DNA of 64,000 bases from a virus (lineage: Duplodnaviria; Caudoviricetes), in IMG/VR virus record IMGVR_UViG_3300027608_000010; one strand, given 5' to 3'. Position 1 is the stretch's first letter, and the number at the start of each line of letters is the position of its first letter. The position numbers were made by a program, and so were the translations under genes. A model generated the notes under the pieces. The model was not told the origin of the DNA, made no database searches, and saw nothing but the letters and a program-made list of their open reading frames with translations. This document shows, one piece after another, positions 18,684-34,000 of this stretch.

Positions 18684-21600
18684 ATGGCCACAAGTTCACG
18701 ACAAACTTCTATTTTTGGTGTAAATGACTGGAAATCCATCTATAAAACATATAGACAAGCAGATTTACAGAGTTATGATTACGAAACCCTTCGTAAAACC
18801 TTTGTGGATTATTTACAAACATATTATCCAGAAACATTCAATGATTATGTTGAATCTAGTGAATATGTAGCATTACTAGATGTTATTGCTTATATGGGAC
18901 AGGCTCTTGCTTTCCGTGATGATTTGAATGCCCGTGAAAATTTTATAGACACCGCAGAACGCCGCGACAGTGTTATTAAACTAGCAAACTTAGTTGGATA
19001 TAACCCAAAACGTAATATTGCCGCCCAAGGATACTTGAAGATTTCATCCATACAAACTACCGAGCAGGTTAGGGATGTCAATGGATTGCAATTAAGTAAC
19101 CTAACAGTATTATGGAATGATCCTGCAAATCCAAACTGGCAAGAACAATTTAATAGTATTATTAATGCCGCCCTAATAACTTCTCAGCGTGTTGGTAGAC
19201 CTGGAAATAGTAAAGACATTTTAGGGGTACGCACCGATGAGTATACGGTTCAACGATCAACAGGCATATTACCTGTTGCTTCTTTTAGCGCAGTAGTACA
19301 GGGCACTAACATGAATTTTGAGTGTGTCAGTGTAACAAGTTTAAACGCAGATAATGTATATGAGATGAGTCCCAACTTAAATTCAAATTTTAATATTCTT
19401 TATAGAAACGACAAACTAGGTTATGGGAGTATTAATACTGGGTTCTTTATGTACTTCAAGCAAGGTTCATTGCAGCCTTATAACTTTAATGTGTCAGAAC
19501 AAATTGGCAATCAGTTGATCGATATTAATATTCAAGGGATTAATAACAGTGATACTTGGTTGTATAGACTTGATCCTATAACTGGTTTAGAAAAAAACTG
19601 GACACAAGTAGAAAATATATATGATAGTACTAGAAATACACAAACCTCTAATAATAAACAGATTTTTAGTGTAGTTTCTAGATTCAACGATCAAGTAAGT
19701 TATACGTTTGGCGACGGTGTATTTGGTAAAATACCTAACGGTAACTTTAGAGCATATGTTAGAACTAGTAATGCATTGACATATACAATTAATTCAGATG
19801 AGTTTCAAGGTACTTCTATTATTATGACATATGTCAGTAGAACCGGAAGAATCGAAACATTATCAATATCATTAGAATTGATGACACCAATCTCAAACGC
19901 ACAGGGAAGAGAATCTCTAACTAATATTAAACAACGTGCTCCACAACGATACTACAGCCAAAATCGTATGGTTAACGGAGAAGATTATAATAACTTTCCC
20001 TTCACACTTTTTAATAGTATTATCAAAAGTAAAGCGTTGAACCGCAGTAGTGTTGGCGTTAGTAGAAATTTTGATTTACTAGACCCAACAGGAAAATATT
20101 CAAGTACTAACGTCTTTGCTGATGACGGTGGATTGTATATAGAAGAAACTGATGGAAATCTAATTTTTAATGCTTATACTACAAATGATATTTTAGTTTT
20201 TCTAACTGATACGTTAAGCAATGCATTGAACAATCACCGAGTTTTTCAATACTATACTCAACAATTCGTAAGATATAAAATTGATGCTAGTTCCGGGGAC
20301 AACGATATCATGTGGCATCAAAGTTCCTTTAACGATTTAGAATCAACTGGTTATTTTTATAACAATTCCGGTCCTGTTTCAATTGGGGTATTTACTACTG
20401 GTAACGTAAAATATCTTACTGAAGGCGCTCTATTAAAATTTAAAGCTCCAAGTGGATATTATTTCAATAAAAATAATAAGTTAGTAGAAGGTTTGCCAGG
20501 CGTTGCTGATAGCATTTATCTTTGGACAAGTATTTCTGCTGTTATCGGTGAAGGGACTAATAACGGCGAGGGTAATCTGATTACTGGCTACGGTCCTGTA
20601 ACGTTGAATAATCCACTACAAACCGGATTGATTTTACGGGAAGTATTACCGTCATTTACAAACTCATTACCAACTACATTGATACAAGAAATTTCTACTC
20701 AAGTCCTATTAGGTCAAAATTTTAGTTTGGTTTTTAGAAATGACTTATTAGTGAATCAAGACCGATGGTACCTAAGTACAGTTACAGATAGCAAATATTT
20801 TGTTAAATTTGAAAGTTTAGGATCTGGTAGATATAAAGTAACATATAAATCTATTGCTTATTACTTTGCAAGTTCTTCAAGTGTGCGTTTTGCTTTTAAT
20901 AAAAATAGAATTATATATGATCCTGCAACAGGAAAATTATTACAAGACTATATCAATGTTCTAAAAGTAAACAGTTATCCTGATAGTAACTATCCTTTCC
21001 CTACTGATACTAAATTAAGTATAGTGGGACAACTAACTGAAATAGATGGGTATGTGGATGATTATAGTGTTGAAGTATCAAGCACGGATCCAAATACAGC
21101 CGGAGCAATCAAGAATCCTGATTTTTTCTACCTATTAACAGGATATGCCACTGGCTCAACTAATCTTTTTAAATATGTATTTTTTGAATTGATTACTGAT
21201 TCTAACTTATTAACTAGATATCAAATGGTAGAAACTAACACCATTAACTATGCTTACACTAGCAGACAAGAAATTGCTTTGGTGAGATACGAGTTTCCAC
21301 CAAATAGTGTATTTTTTGCAGGTAAAGAAAAAACTTTTTATAAAACAATACAGAATACTAGTAACAAGAATGTAATTGAAGTTGTCCAAGTTGACAATTA
21401 TATTGCAAAAATAGGTCGCCAAGGTTTAGCTTTCCAATACAAACACAACTCAAGTAATACTACACGTATTGATCCAGCAACCACTAATATCATTGATTTG
21501 TTCTTAGTAACACAGAGTTACTATACACAGTATCAAAATTGGATTAAGGATTCAAGTGGTAGATTATCAGAACCAGAGAAACCAACGCTTGATGAATTGA

Positions 21601-22040
21601 ATCTAATTTATTCAACAGTAAATGATTATAAAATGTTGACTGATAGTCTGATATTAAACTGTGTAACATTTAAACCATTGTTTGGTATAAAGGCAGAATC
21701 AAAACTACAAGCAACTATTAAGGTTATTAAATCTGGCACAACAACTGCCAGCGATAGTGAAGTTCGGTCAGCAGTATTAACCTCAATGAATTCATATTTT
21801 TCAATTGACAATTGGACATTTGGTGATACATTTTATTTTAGCGAATTAAGTGCATTCACTCACAGCACCATTGGCGATTTAGTAAGTTCAATAGTATTAG
21901 TACCAAATGATCCTTCATTAAAATTTGGGGATTTGTATGAGATACATAGCTCCCCTTATGAGATTTTTGTTAACGCGGCGCAAGCTAGTGATATCACGGT
22001 GATCACTTCACTATCACCGGCAGAATTACAAATAGGTTAA
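18684..22040 (+). CDS. gp6: Baseplate wedge subunit gp6-like
   Basis: YDYETLR, FNDYVESSE, LLDVIAY, RENFIDTAERRDSV..LA..VGYNPKR, FGDGVFG, QNRMVNGEDY. Confidence 0.88.
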   Translation: MATSSRQTSIFGVNDWKSIYKTYRQADLQSYDYETLRKTFVDYLQTYYPETFNDYVESSEYVALLDVIAYMGQALAFRDDLNARENFIDTAERRDSVIKLANLVGYNPKRNIAAQGYLKISSIQTTEQVRDVNGLQLSNLTVLWNDPANPNWQEQFNSIINAALITSQRVGRPGNSKDILGVRTDEYTVQRSTGILPVASFSAVVQGTNMNFECVSVTSLNADNVYEMSPNLNSNFNILYRNDKLGYGSINTGFFMYFKQGSLQPYNFNVSEQIGNQLIDINIQGINNSDTWLYRLDPITGLEKNWTQVENIYDSTRNTQTSNNKQIFSVVSRFNDQVSYTFGDGVFGKIPNGNFRAYVRTSNALTYTINSDEFQGTSIIMTYVSRTGRIETLSISLELMTPISNAQGRESLTNIKQRAPQRYYSQNRMVNGEDYNNFPFTLFNSIIKSKALNRSSVGVSRNFDLLDPTGKYSSTNVFADDGGLYIEETDGNLIFNAYTTNDILVFLTDTLSNALNNHRVFQYYTQQFVRYKIDASSGDNDIMWHQSSFNDLESTGYFYNNSGPVSIGVFTTGNVKYLTEGALLKFKAPSGYYFNKNNKLVEGLPGVADSIYLWTSISAVIGEGTNNGEGNLITGYGPVTLNNPLQTGLILREVLPSFTNSLPTTLIQEISTQVLLGQNFSLVFRNDLLVNQDRWYLSTVTDSKYFVKFESLGSGRYKVTYKSIAYYFASSSSVRFAFNKNRIIYDPATGKLLQDYINVLKVNSYPDSNYPFPTDTKLSIVGQLTEIDGYVDDYSVEVSSTDPNTAGAIKNPDFFYLLTGYATGSTNLFKYVFFELITDSNLLTRYQMVETNTINYAYTSRQEIALVRYEFPPNSVFFAGKEKTFYKTIQNTSNKNVIEVVQVDNYIAKIGRQGLAFQYKHNSSNTTRIDPATTNIIDLFLVTQSYYTQYQNWIKDSSGRLSEPEKPTLDELNLIYSTVNDYKMLTDSLILNCVTFKPLFGIKAESKLQATIKVIKSGTTTASDSEVRSAVLTSMNSYFSIDNWTFGDTFYFSELSAFTHSTIGDLVSSIVLVPNDPSLKFGDLYEIHSSPYEIFVNAAQASDITVITSLSPAELQIG

Positions 22041-22055
22041 TATAGGCAACCAGAT

Positions 22056-25000
22056 ATGGCTACACAAGTTAGAACAATTGATTTTTTACCTGAGATATTC
22101 AAGACAAAATCTAATGAACAGTTTTTGGCTGCAACATTAGATCAGATTACTCAGCAACCTGACTTTGTAAAAGTTCAGGGATTTGTAGGTAGTAAATTTG
22201 GTTATGGAGTAACAGCTAGTGATGGCTATGTAAATGAGCCTACTAAAGAAAGAACTGATTATCAATTAGAACCTGCTGTTGTTTTTAAAAAGAAAGATAC
22301 TGATGTTGCAATTGATGCAATACCTTATTCAGGATTGATTGATAGCTTACGAACTGAAGGTGCATTGGGTCTTGACCATAACAAACTTTTTAATAACGAA
22401 TTCTATTCTTGGGACAGTTTCACTGAACTAGACAAGATAATTAACTATAGTCAATATTACTGGTTACCACAGGGACCGGACGATATCATTGTAGCTACTA
22501 ACACGCTTTTCAATAATTTAGATTTCACAGTTACTAATATTGGTGCTGCTTATTCATTGAATTCATTGCTACAGACTTTTACTGAAAATAATCCTACTAT
22601 AACTTTGGTTAGAGGTGGAACATATACCTTTACGGTTAGTCAAGATTCTGAATTTTGGATCCAAACGGAACCGGGCACTAGCGGAGTAAGAGCCGACAGT
22701 CCTAACATTAGTACAAGAGAAGTTGTTGGAGTTGACTTCAATGGTTCTACTCAAGGCACAATTACTTTCACAGTACCATTATCATCTTCACAGAATGATA
22801 ATTACTATCCTGGTAATTTATCAGTTGATTTAGTTTCTGATAAAAAGTTTGATGAAGTGCATGGTAAGTCACTAAGCGAACTTAGTCAAATTGATGGAGA
22901 AGTAAACTTCAATGGTAAGACATTGCTTTTCTACAAATCTACTTCAGCAGATATTGGCTATCGCGGTACATTCTTTGATGAGTATGACTTTGATAGTGAT
23001 TCACCTGGTAACGTTGAAAAAATAAGTATTGAAGTTACACAAACAGAAGCAATTGGTAATCTAATTCATACCACCTCAACTAGTGATTTAGCAGTTGGTT
23101 CCGATATTACTTTTTCTGGCATATCGTTTGGTGGGATAATAGTTGGTCAAGTGTACTATGTTAAAACTGTTAATAGTTCAACTACGTTTACTATTGCACC
23201 AACGTTTGACGGAACAGTTGTAGCACTAACAAACGGGTCAACTGATTCAAATGCTCCACTATTGGCAGAGGTTAATGTGGGCGGTCTTGAAGAAGGCAAA
23301 ACAACTACAGTAAATGATAATTTTTATAAAATTACATTAGTTGGTGATATCAACAATCCAACAATATATCTAGAAGAACATAGTGCAATACCCAACGACC
23401 AACGTATTCAAGTCACCAATGGAAAAGAATATGTTAATCGTGTTCTTGTAAGAAATACATACGGTGAAATATTATTAGTTCCTATAATTACTGCAAACTT
23501 AGATACTCTATATTATCAAGACGGTAAAACAGAAACTCAATTTGGTAAAATCAACCTAGTTGATGGTCTATATCTATCAAAAATTGATGTACTTACAGAT
23601 ATATTAAACAAACCAAACTACAAAAGCCCAAATGATGTAAAATTTACTAATGGCATAAAAGTTAAATTCTTTGGTAATGTATTTCCAGAAGAATATTTAC
23701 AGGACGCATACTATGTTGAGGGGGTTGGATCATCCATTCAATTAATACCTGTTTCAGAACAACTTGTACCTGAACCATTCACTGAAGGTGAAGCAGTTCC
23801 ATTAGACTCTGATGGGTTCGATGTTAGTCCATATAGTGATAGTGCATTAGTACCTGCATTGCCAGACTACATTACAATTGGTCGAGGTAGCAAAAATAAA
23901 AATGGCTGGAGTCGTAGTAATAGATGGTTTCATGTAAATGCTTTAAATTTAACACTAGAAAAAAATTCAAATAGTCCGTTAGTGTTGTCTGCTTTTAATA
24001 ACTCAGATGTTAGAGCCAAACGCCCAATAATAGAATTTTACCCTGACTTAAAATTATTCAATTCAGGTGCAATAGGCAAACCTCCTGTTGATTTTATTGA
24101 TTTGAATACTACTAATGCTTTTACTCAAGTATCCGGTAAGTTAGCAACCACATATCATCCTGACGGGGCATCCTCGTTTGCATTTGATGGCGCACGAATT
24201 ATCTTTGCAAATGATGATGATCCTAAAATTAAAGGACAAATATTTATAGTGTCGTTAGCTGATAACAACAGTGATTACAGGTTTAAGGTAACTTTAAGCA
24301 AAGCAGTCAATGGAGAAGTGCGGTTTAATGATCAAACAGTTATAACAAAGGGTGAGTATTCTAAGGGACTTACTTATTATTTTGATGGATCAAATTGGCA
24401 TGAAGCACAATCTAAGAAAACAATAAACCAACCACCGTTGTTTGATTTATTTGATTCTAATGGTATTAGTTACGGGAACGATGAATATTACCCAGGAACT
24501 GACTTTAGTGGTACAAAACTATTTAGTTATGCTGAGGGTGCCGGTCAACCCGACCCTATCTTAAAATTCCCAATTAAATATAGTTCAATAACAAATATCG
24601 GTGATATCGTATTTGAATCAAGGTTAAACTCTGACACATTCAATTATGTAGCTGATAGTACTTCAATTACCTCTAACATTAACAATGGATATGTCCATTC
24701 ATATGATTCTAATATTGATTTTACTAGATTGATTGGATGGCAGACAGCAGTTGAATATAGTATTCAATATCAAATTTTCAATTTAGTTTACACTGGTTCT
24801 TCTTTAATATGTGATATTGCAGCCAAAGACCCTGAATCTACTAAGTGGCCAGTCATTACGGTATATGAAGATAATCAAAGAATAACTGATTACGAATATA
24901 CTACCTCTGCTACAACAACTAAAATAACATTGCTAACTCCACCACCGATAGGGACACCAGTTGAGATTTTAATTCACAGTGATCAAGTATCCAAGATTGG

Positions 25001-28000
25001 GTATTATCAGATCCCAAGTAACTTTGATCATAATCCCTTTAATGAAGAAATCTCTACTATTAATTTAGGTGATCTGCGCGGTCATTATAAAAGTATTTGC
25101 AACAATCTAAAAACCATTGAGGGTCCTGCGTTTGGGCCTAATAATTTTAGAGATTTAGGAAACACAGTACCATATGGTACTCGAATTATTCAAAATAGCT
25201 CATCGTTAATAACACCTGCAATTTTAACAAAAGCATCAAAGTTTAATTTCTTGGATGCATTGTTGTTTAATAGTAACCAGTACACTAAATTTAAAACATC
25301 ATTGTTAGATATGGTTAACAATAATGACTACCTATCAATTCAACCGGCTTCAATTATATTAGACGATGCATTAGAGCAAATTACTAATAACAGAGATGAG
25401 ACAATGAGTTTCTTTTGGAGTGACATGATCCCATGTAAGGGAGTTCATTCTCAAAAGACATACACGTTCAATAGTTCTGTAGATGCATCAATATTTCCGC
25501 TATCACGTTTTTATGACTTTACAAATGCAAACTATTTTGGTATTTTAGTATACCTGTCTAGAATCATAGATGGTACAAAAAGAACCATTCAATTAATGAA
25601 AGATGTTGATTATGTCGTAAAAAACACTGAAAAGTTATTACGCATTAATACAGATTTGTTACCAAATGACGTTATTATTGTCAGAGAATATTCACAGACA
25701 TATGGTAATTATGTCCCGAACACCCCAACTAAATTAGGTTTCTATCCTTCATATATCCCTGAAGTTATATTAGATGACTCGTATAGTAAACCTACGTATT
25801 TTATCAAAGGACATGATGGCTCACTTACTAAGTTGTTTGGCGAATACAACAATGGTTTCTTAGAAGACAACAGAGATAGAGCATTATTAGAATTTGAAAA
25901 ACGAGTTTACAATAACTTAAAGGTTAATGCAAAGATTCCCGTAGAATACGATGAAATAATACCAGGACAATTCAGAAAATCTGATTATACATTTGACGAA
26001 ATAAATGCAATCTATGCTACTCAATTTTTGAATTGGGCAGGTAACAACAACATTGACTACACCGCCCAGACATATTTTGAAACTAATGAGTTTACATGGA
26101 ATTATAAAGGGACTAAAAATAAGTTAGATAACTCCTACGTTAATCAAGGTTACTGGAGAGGTATATATCTATGGTATTATGATACTACAACACCGCATAC
26201 TACTCCTTGGGAAATGCTAGGTTTAGTTAATAAACCTAGCTGGTGGAATAATAGATACGGTGAGGCCCCTTATACAAGTGATAATACATTGTTATGGACC
26301 GATATTAGTAATGGTTTAATTTGGAATAACGGTGACAGTTATGTTAACGAAAGAAGAATTAGATCAAGGTTATTAGAAGTATTACCAGTAGACTCGGCTG
26401 GCAGATTGATCTCTCCTTTTGTTAGTATAGTTAACTCTTACAATAGTCTGTCATTTGAAAATACATGGAACGTAGCTGATACAGGTCCTGCGGAATATAG
26501 TTACAAAAAAAGTAGTACATGGCCGTTTGATTTACTACGCATATTTGCATTAACTAAACCGGCCGAGTTTTTTAGCCTTGGTATTAACTTAGATGCATTT
26601 AGATATAACACTGAATTTAATCAATACTTAATTTTTAACAGAAAACGCCAAACTACAAGTGACATTCCTGTTTACGGTGACGGAACTGCTACCCATAGTT
26701 TGTTCAATTGGATTGTCGATTATGCAAATCAATATGGTATTGACGGACATACTCAATTAGTTGAGTATATTACAAACATTGATGTTAGACTTGCTTATAG
26801 AATGGCAGGATTTAGTGACAAGTCATTGTTAAAATTCTTTGCCGAAAAAGGTAGTCCAAATAGTAAAAACAACAGTTTATTAATACCGGATGAGAGTTTC
26901 AATATTTTATTGACACATAATCAACCAACAAAAAATATCATTTACAGCAGTGTTATTATTCAAAGAACTAGAAAAGGATATAGAGTTTATGGTAATGACA
27001 AAGAAAGATCATATTTTGTAGCTAATGATCCTAGATTCGATGGTAGATATGAAAATATTAGCATGGGTAGCCAGACAGTTAGTCTTTCTACTCACTTCTT
27101 TAATTCAACTACAATATATCCTTATGGATATGAATTTACCTCTGTGCTAACATTAGCTAATTTTCTAAACGGATATGGTAAATATCTTGCGTCTGTTGGT
27201 TTTACTTTTGAAAATATAGAAAATGGAATTGAAATCAATTGGAGACAAATGATTGTTGAAGTTCTATATTGGGTAGATTCTGGATGGGAAGAGGGTAGTG
27301 TGATTAACCTGAATCCAAATGCTTCTTCTCTGACAATTTCAAATTCAATTGGTGTGGTTCAATCATTAACCGACACAAACAATAATTTGATATTCAATCA
27401 GAATCAAATTCCAATCTCATTAAAAGACTTAGCAATAACTAGATTAGGTACAACGTTTACAGTAAAAGTATTGAATTCTGGTGATGCTATTGGTTTCTTT
27501 AAAGCTAATATAAGTTCATATGAACACATAGTTATATTTGATAACATTACTGTCTTTAATGATATTTTGTTTAATTTGAAAACAGGATTAAGACAACAAC
27601 GTTTGTTTATGCGCGGTAGCAAAACTGCTCAATGGGATGGCACGTTGAATGCACCTGGATTCATCATTAACCAAGACAATATTCTTGATTGGGAAGCAAA
27701 CGTAAGATATAGTAAAGGGTCAATTGTTAAGTATAAAAATTCTTATTGGATTTATTTACCTGCAATGAGCAAACCGCAATCTGTTTTTAAACCAGAAGAA
27801 TGGAATCCAGTCGATTACAATTTGATGCAAAAAGGATTACTACCAAATGCAAGTACTAGAGCAAAAGAATCAACATTATACTATGATAGTAATACAACGA
27901 ATCTGAAAAAAGATGCAGATCTATTGAGTTTCTCATTGATTGGATATAGACCTAGAAATTATTTCAGTGAAATAAACTTAGATGATACCACTCAAGTTAA

Positions 28001-31000
28001 TTTATACAAGAGTATGATCGTTAATAAAGGGACAAAGAATTCTTTAGACATTTTATTGGGTGCAACTCTTCAGGAAACTGATTTAAACTACACTTTCCAT
28101 GACAACTGGGCTATTAAGCAATCAGAGTATGGTGGAAAAATGAACAAAAATTTCATTGAAGTTACTTTGGATGAAAAACTGCTTGTAGGTAATCCTTCAA
28201 TAGTTTCAATCACACAAGGAATAACTGAAGATGGAGCGCACCAAGAGATTCAATTCTATGACATAAAAAATTATAGCACACCTCCTAAGGACGTAAATTT
28301 CTTACCATCTATTTCTGCGACAGAAGAAAATCTATTGCCTTCAGCAGGTTATGTTAATATTGATGATATACAAACTTATGCATTCTATCCTGGAATGTTA
28401 AATAGTGCCAACATTGGTGATTTGTATAAAAATGATTATGTTTGGGTAGCTGATGTTGCCGGGGACTGGAAAGTGTATACTCCTATAAGACTCGGAATCA
28501 ATTTAATAACAGTTCGCAATAGTTTAAACTCTCAGGCTGTGTTTGTATTTGACAATCCACATACATTGACAGAGAATGAGTTATTTGGTGTGATTAATTT
28601 TAATCCAAATATCAATGGCTATTACACAGTCATTGGTGTTTTGTCTTTGAACTCAATTAGTGTTATTAAAAATATAGACCCATCGACAACAACATTGACC
28701 GGTATAGGAATAACATTCAAATTAAGCAATCAGCGTGTTGAAAGAGCTAAAGACATTTTAGGACTACCACTGCTAAACGCAGAATATGTAAAAAATAAAG
28801 TTTGGGTTGATAAAGATGTCAATGGTGAATGGAATGTTTTACAAAAAACTAATTCTTATACTTACAAAACAGCATCTACTCCGGCCCTATCAGTTGAGTT
28901 TGGTGCAACCGTAGCTGCAATTGACTCGGGCTACTTAGTAGCCGATCCTTCTGCTGGTAAAGTATTTTATTATGTTGACTCAGCATTGTCGGCTACTGAT
29001 TGGAAATTATCAGCGACCCTATCTCAAGGTTCTGGATTTGGTAGTGCTATTGCATCAAATGATAAAATATTAGTAATCTCACAGCCAGATCCATTTGGAG
29101 ACCTAAGTAAAATTTATATTTACAGAATGGTTGCTAACTCTAAGATTAACTGTTTAGTTGAAGAACAAATAATAAGTTTTACTAACACAATGTTTGGTAC
29201 TGGAATTACTGTGGGTTCTGTGGGTACAGCATTGGCATTGTCCGGCGATGGTAACTATTTATATATTAGTGCAACTGATTTAATACTTGATGGTTCCCCA
29301 ACAGTTGGATTATTCTTCTCTTTCCAATTGGATCAGGGATTGATTTATTATGATGTTGGTTATACCCTAAGTTCTGCTATTACCCCTGGATCAACTCAAT
29401 TTGATATTTACGGTGATATTGGAACTGCACCACAAGGTCGTAGAATTACATTCACTGCTTTTGGTGTAGGAGATGATGTCTACACAATCGTAACTGCAAA
29501 ATACAATTCAAGCACATTAATTACTACAGTGTATATATACGAAACAATTCCTTATACGGTTAGTACCGGTAGTACAATGTATCTAGGAGTTTTAAATTAT
29601 AGTTTAGTCGGAGCAGTATCTAGTGAAGGTTACGGCGGATATCAAGATAAATTTGGATATTCACTTGCAACAAACCACGATGGTACTCGATTATTTGTGG
29701 GATCACCATTGGCTGACTGGAGTTATGGTGCTGGCTTAGTTGATACAGGATTTGTATTCTCATTCAATCGTTTAGTAGAAAAATGGGAAGTTGTTGGAGA
29801 CAGTCCATTAAACAGTGCGGCTCTTTTCTTCCTGTCTTGGACACCAAATTATGGATCAGCAGTTTACATTAATGAAGTAAGAGTTAATCCTTCATATTAC
29901 GTATTAATCTCCAACCTATTAGTAACTTTCTTGGAATTAAAATCAGGTGACATCATTACCGTTAGTAGCGGTAATGTATTGCTTATGCAACGATTGCAAG
30001 GTGCTGGAACCATTGACGAATTTGATAGTTTTGAAAAATTTGGATTTGCATTAGATTGTAACACTTCTGCTACTGACTTGATTGTGGGAAGTCCTAATAA
30101 CTTAGACAGTTTAGGCCACGAAGGTGCAGTGTTCAGATTTACTAATGAAGGAAAACGTACCGGTGTTATTACTGGTATAATACAATGTCATTTACTATGT
30201 CCGGTTGATATTTTCATTAATGGATTCAGAGTTAGTTTACCTGATCCTGATCCATATCAAGGGATTGCAGGAGATGCATTCTATGTTGCAAATAGGATAA
30301 ATTTGTCAGTAGTAAATAACGTGTTTGCATATGCTTCCGAAGATAATAGGTTACATATTCGCTTACGTGACTTTAATTTGGGTCCAGTTAATAATAAGTT
30401 GAACATCACTGTTTTTGGTTCTAATTATTATCACAAAGATACTTTCACTGGCGACGGTGTTACTGCGGCATTTACATTAGAAAATGCTCCAGCAAATATA
30501 TCAGCGTTGACCGTAACGATTGATGGTCTTAATATACCATATGCTGTTTTAAATAATGATAATAGTATTACTATATATTTTACTTTGACTGGCAGCGTAG
30601 TTACATTTGTTCAGGCACCATGGAATGCAGGTGAAATTATAATCACATGGACAGAAGCACTAGCTGCACCATCAACTATTCTAACTCAACTGGGTATTTC
30701 AGAATACATTACGACTGAGGTAATTACAGACCCTAGACCAAGTTCAAGAACTAGTTTTGGTTATAGTGTTAAGTTTAATGAATTGAATAGCTTCATTGTT
30801 GGTGCCCCGACCACCGACAGATATTTTAGCACCTCATTTGATTTTACAGATGATACAAATAATCATAATGATTGTGTGTTTGATAATAACTTTACTCAGT
30901 GGGAAGATATCTATAAAAATGCAGGTACTGCGTATATCTATGAATACATAGATTCACAAGGTGAGACTTTGTTGACATTGGGTAATTATACATATGCTCA

Positions 31001-34000
31001 ATCATTACCTGACTTATCTACTTCTTATGGTAAGCAACCATATTATGGCAAATCAGTTTCATTAAGAAACAATCATGCTGTTATTGGTGCACCAAGTCAT
31101 AGGTATCTTACAGGTAACAATGTTGGTCGTGCAGTCGCATATCAAAATTTAACTGGGGACAAGCATTGGTCTGTTCTACGTAAATCAACTAGTATTACAG
31201 ATGTTTCTAAAATTCAAAAAGTTCAACTATATGATAATGAAACCAATCAAACACTAGATTCGCTTGATTATTTTGACCCATTGCAAGGTAAATTATTAGG
31301 AACTATTGCTGACAACTTAGATTTTATCACTACTATAGACCCTGCAGGATACAATAATGAAATGTTCACCGGCACTATAGTTTGGACTGCTAACAAAGTA
31401 GGAACATTGTGGTTTGATATTTCTAGCACCAAATTCATGAATTATCATCAAGAAGATATTGAATATAATAGTAAATATTGGGGAGCAGTGTTTCCTGGAA
31501 GCATCGTTACGGTATACAGTTGGATTGAAAGTAATGTTATACCTATTAACTACCCGGGCCCGGGCACACCGTACGATTATTCAAGTTATAGCATGTCATA
31601 TGAGAATGATGCCGGTGGTAACTTAAATGTGCATTATTATTATTGGGTTAGAAATACTAACAAATTATTCAGTGCCCATGGAAAGACATTGACAGATACT
31701 GTTATTGAAAGTTACATCAAAGATCCTCATGGTTCTGGTATAGACTATTTTGTAGCACTTAAGCCAAATGTATTTGGTTTATATAATGTGCGAGAGTACA
31801 TCAATGAGAAAACCACAAACTTACATATAGGATATAGTTCAACTGATGTTGATATACCTATTCATTCTGAGTTCCAATTAATAAGGTCTAACTACACTAA
31901 TGATTTCTTACCTGGGTTGCCTGATGGTAGAAATTATTTGGCTCCTGAAGGCCTATATAGAAAATTTATAGAAAGTTTTGCTGGTCAAGATGATTTTGGA
32001 CAAGTTCTTCCTAATCCAGGACTTCCTAAATTATTACAAATTGGTATTGGATCTAGACCTAACCAAACAATGTTCATCGACAGAAGTACTGCATTAAAAA
32101 ATTATTTACAGTATGCTAATAGAGTATTGAAAAACTATCCAATAAGTGAACTACCTAACTTGAATTTTTTAAGTTTAGCTGGTGAAGATTATGATACAAC
32201 TTTGTTTTGGGACTACGTATATTGGTGGGCTGACGGTTACTCAGATAATGTTAAGACTATATTTGAGGTTGATGCTTACTATGACTTAGTAAAAGAGACG
32301 GTAAAAGAGGGCACAATCGTAGGTGTTTCTAAAAATAGTCAAGGTAAACGTGAAGTCTATAAATTTACTTCAGGTGTTTGGGAACGTATTGGAGTTGAGG
32401 ATGGAACGATTGAATTCTCATCTAAGTTATGGAATCCTGTCGGTGATAATATTGGATACGGAGATGATTTCTTTGATGTATCATCGTTTGATGCATATCC
32501 TGCAGTTGAAACAAAAAATATAATACGAGCATTAAATGAGCAGATTTATACAGGTGAACTTGCTGAACATAGAAATAAAAGTCTAATATTAATGTTTGAA
32601 TACATTCAAAGTGAAAATGTTAACTCTAACAATTATCTACCTTGGTTAACTAAAACTAGTTTAGCTGATGTTAGTTATAAAATACGAGAATTAAAACCAT
32701 ACCAAAAATACCAAAATGAAAATACTAATTTGTTAGAAGGGTTTATTAACGAGATAAAACCATATCATACCGTATTAAAAGAATTCTACTTCACATATTC
32801 AGGAACTGAATCTTATGAAATGAGTATGACTGACTTTGACTTACCTGCAACATTTAGTTCCTTCACTTCTAGATATGAGTCACCTAAACTAAAATATGTT
32901 AATGTTAACACAGAAGCAGATATAGTATCTACGGACACTATTTGGTCAACAAACACTGAATATAATTTATGGTATAATAATTTTGGATTAGAATTAGAGT
33001 CTAAAGAAAATCAACAAATTGGTGTAGTTAGTAAATATTTGGGAACAACATCAACTGAAATTTTCTTAGAAAATGCTCGAGGAGTTCCGGTTACCGGACT
33101 AATTAAAATCAACGATGAATTAATTCGTTATACTCAAGTTGATAGAGAACAGAAACGTTTATATGGGTTGAGTAGAGGAGTAGACAACACTATAGTTACC
33201 GAGCATTACCCAAAGACTATAGTTTATTCTGATTCTTCTGGAGTTGTTGTTGTCTCTTCTGGTAGAGGTTATGTTGACCCTCCCATAGTTAAAGCATATA
33301 TTGATACTTCAAAATATCCAGCACCTAGAAAAGAAGCAGTATTGCGCTCAGTGCTAGTTGATGATAAGGTGGTTGAGGTTCAAATCATTGATCCGGGTGA
33401 TGGGTACGTAGTAACCCCAGAGATAATATTTGATCCAGCCTTTTCAATTACATTTGACGGCACGCAACTAAACTATCAGTCTAATTTGTTAGTGATAGAA
33501 TCAGATGATTTAAGAACTGGTGATCAAATCAAGATTACATCTAATTCAAATCAATTTGAAGCAATACAACCCGGGTATTATTATGCAAGAGTGTTAGGAT
33601 TTAACACTAGATTATTGACAGCGGCTAAACCGGTCGTTTCTTTGCACTATCGATATTTGGATTCTATTTCCGGAGAATATAAAGTTGTCTTTAAGATTAA
33701 TAAATTGAATTTACCACTAAGCTATACTCTTGCTATGGTACCTAAAGTGGTTGTTAAAACTAAAAATTCAAAATCTCGACAACTTAATTCTAAATTAAGA
33801 TTTGATAGAACAAGTTATAATTCATTTATTGTACCTTGGGAATCAGGAATCTTTTGGCCAAGTAGTTTTAATAGTTTGGGTAATGATGCAAGCTCAAACG
33901 TTCCAATTAGTGTCAGCACAGAATATAAATTTGATCAAACTTTAGCAATACTTGATGGGACAATTTCAGTTGCCAGTAGTACTGGGGAGGGTTTCAAATT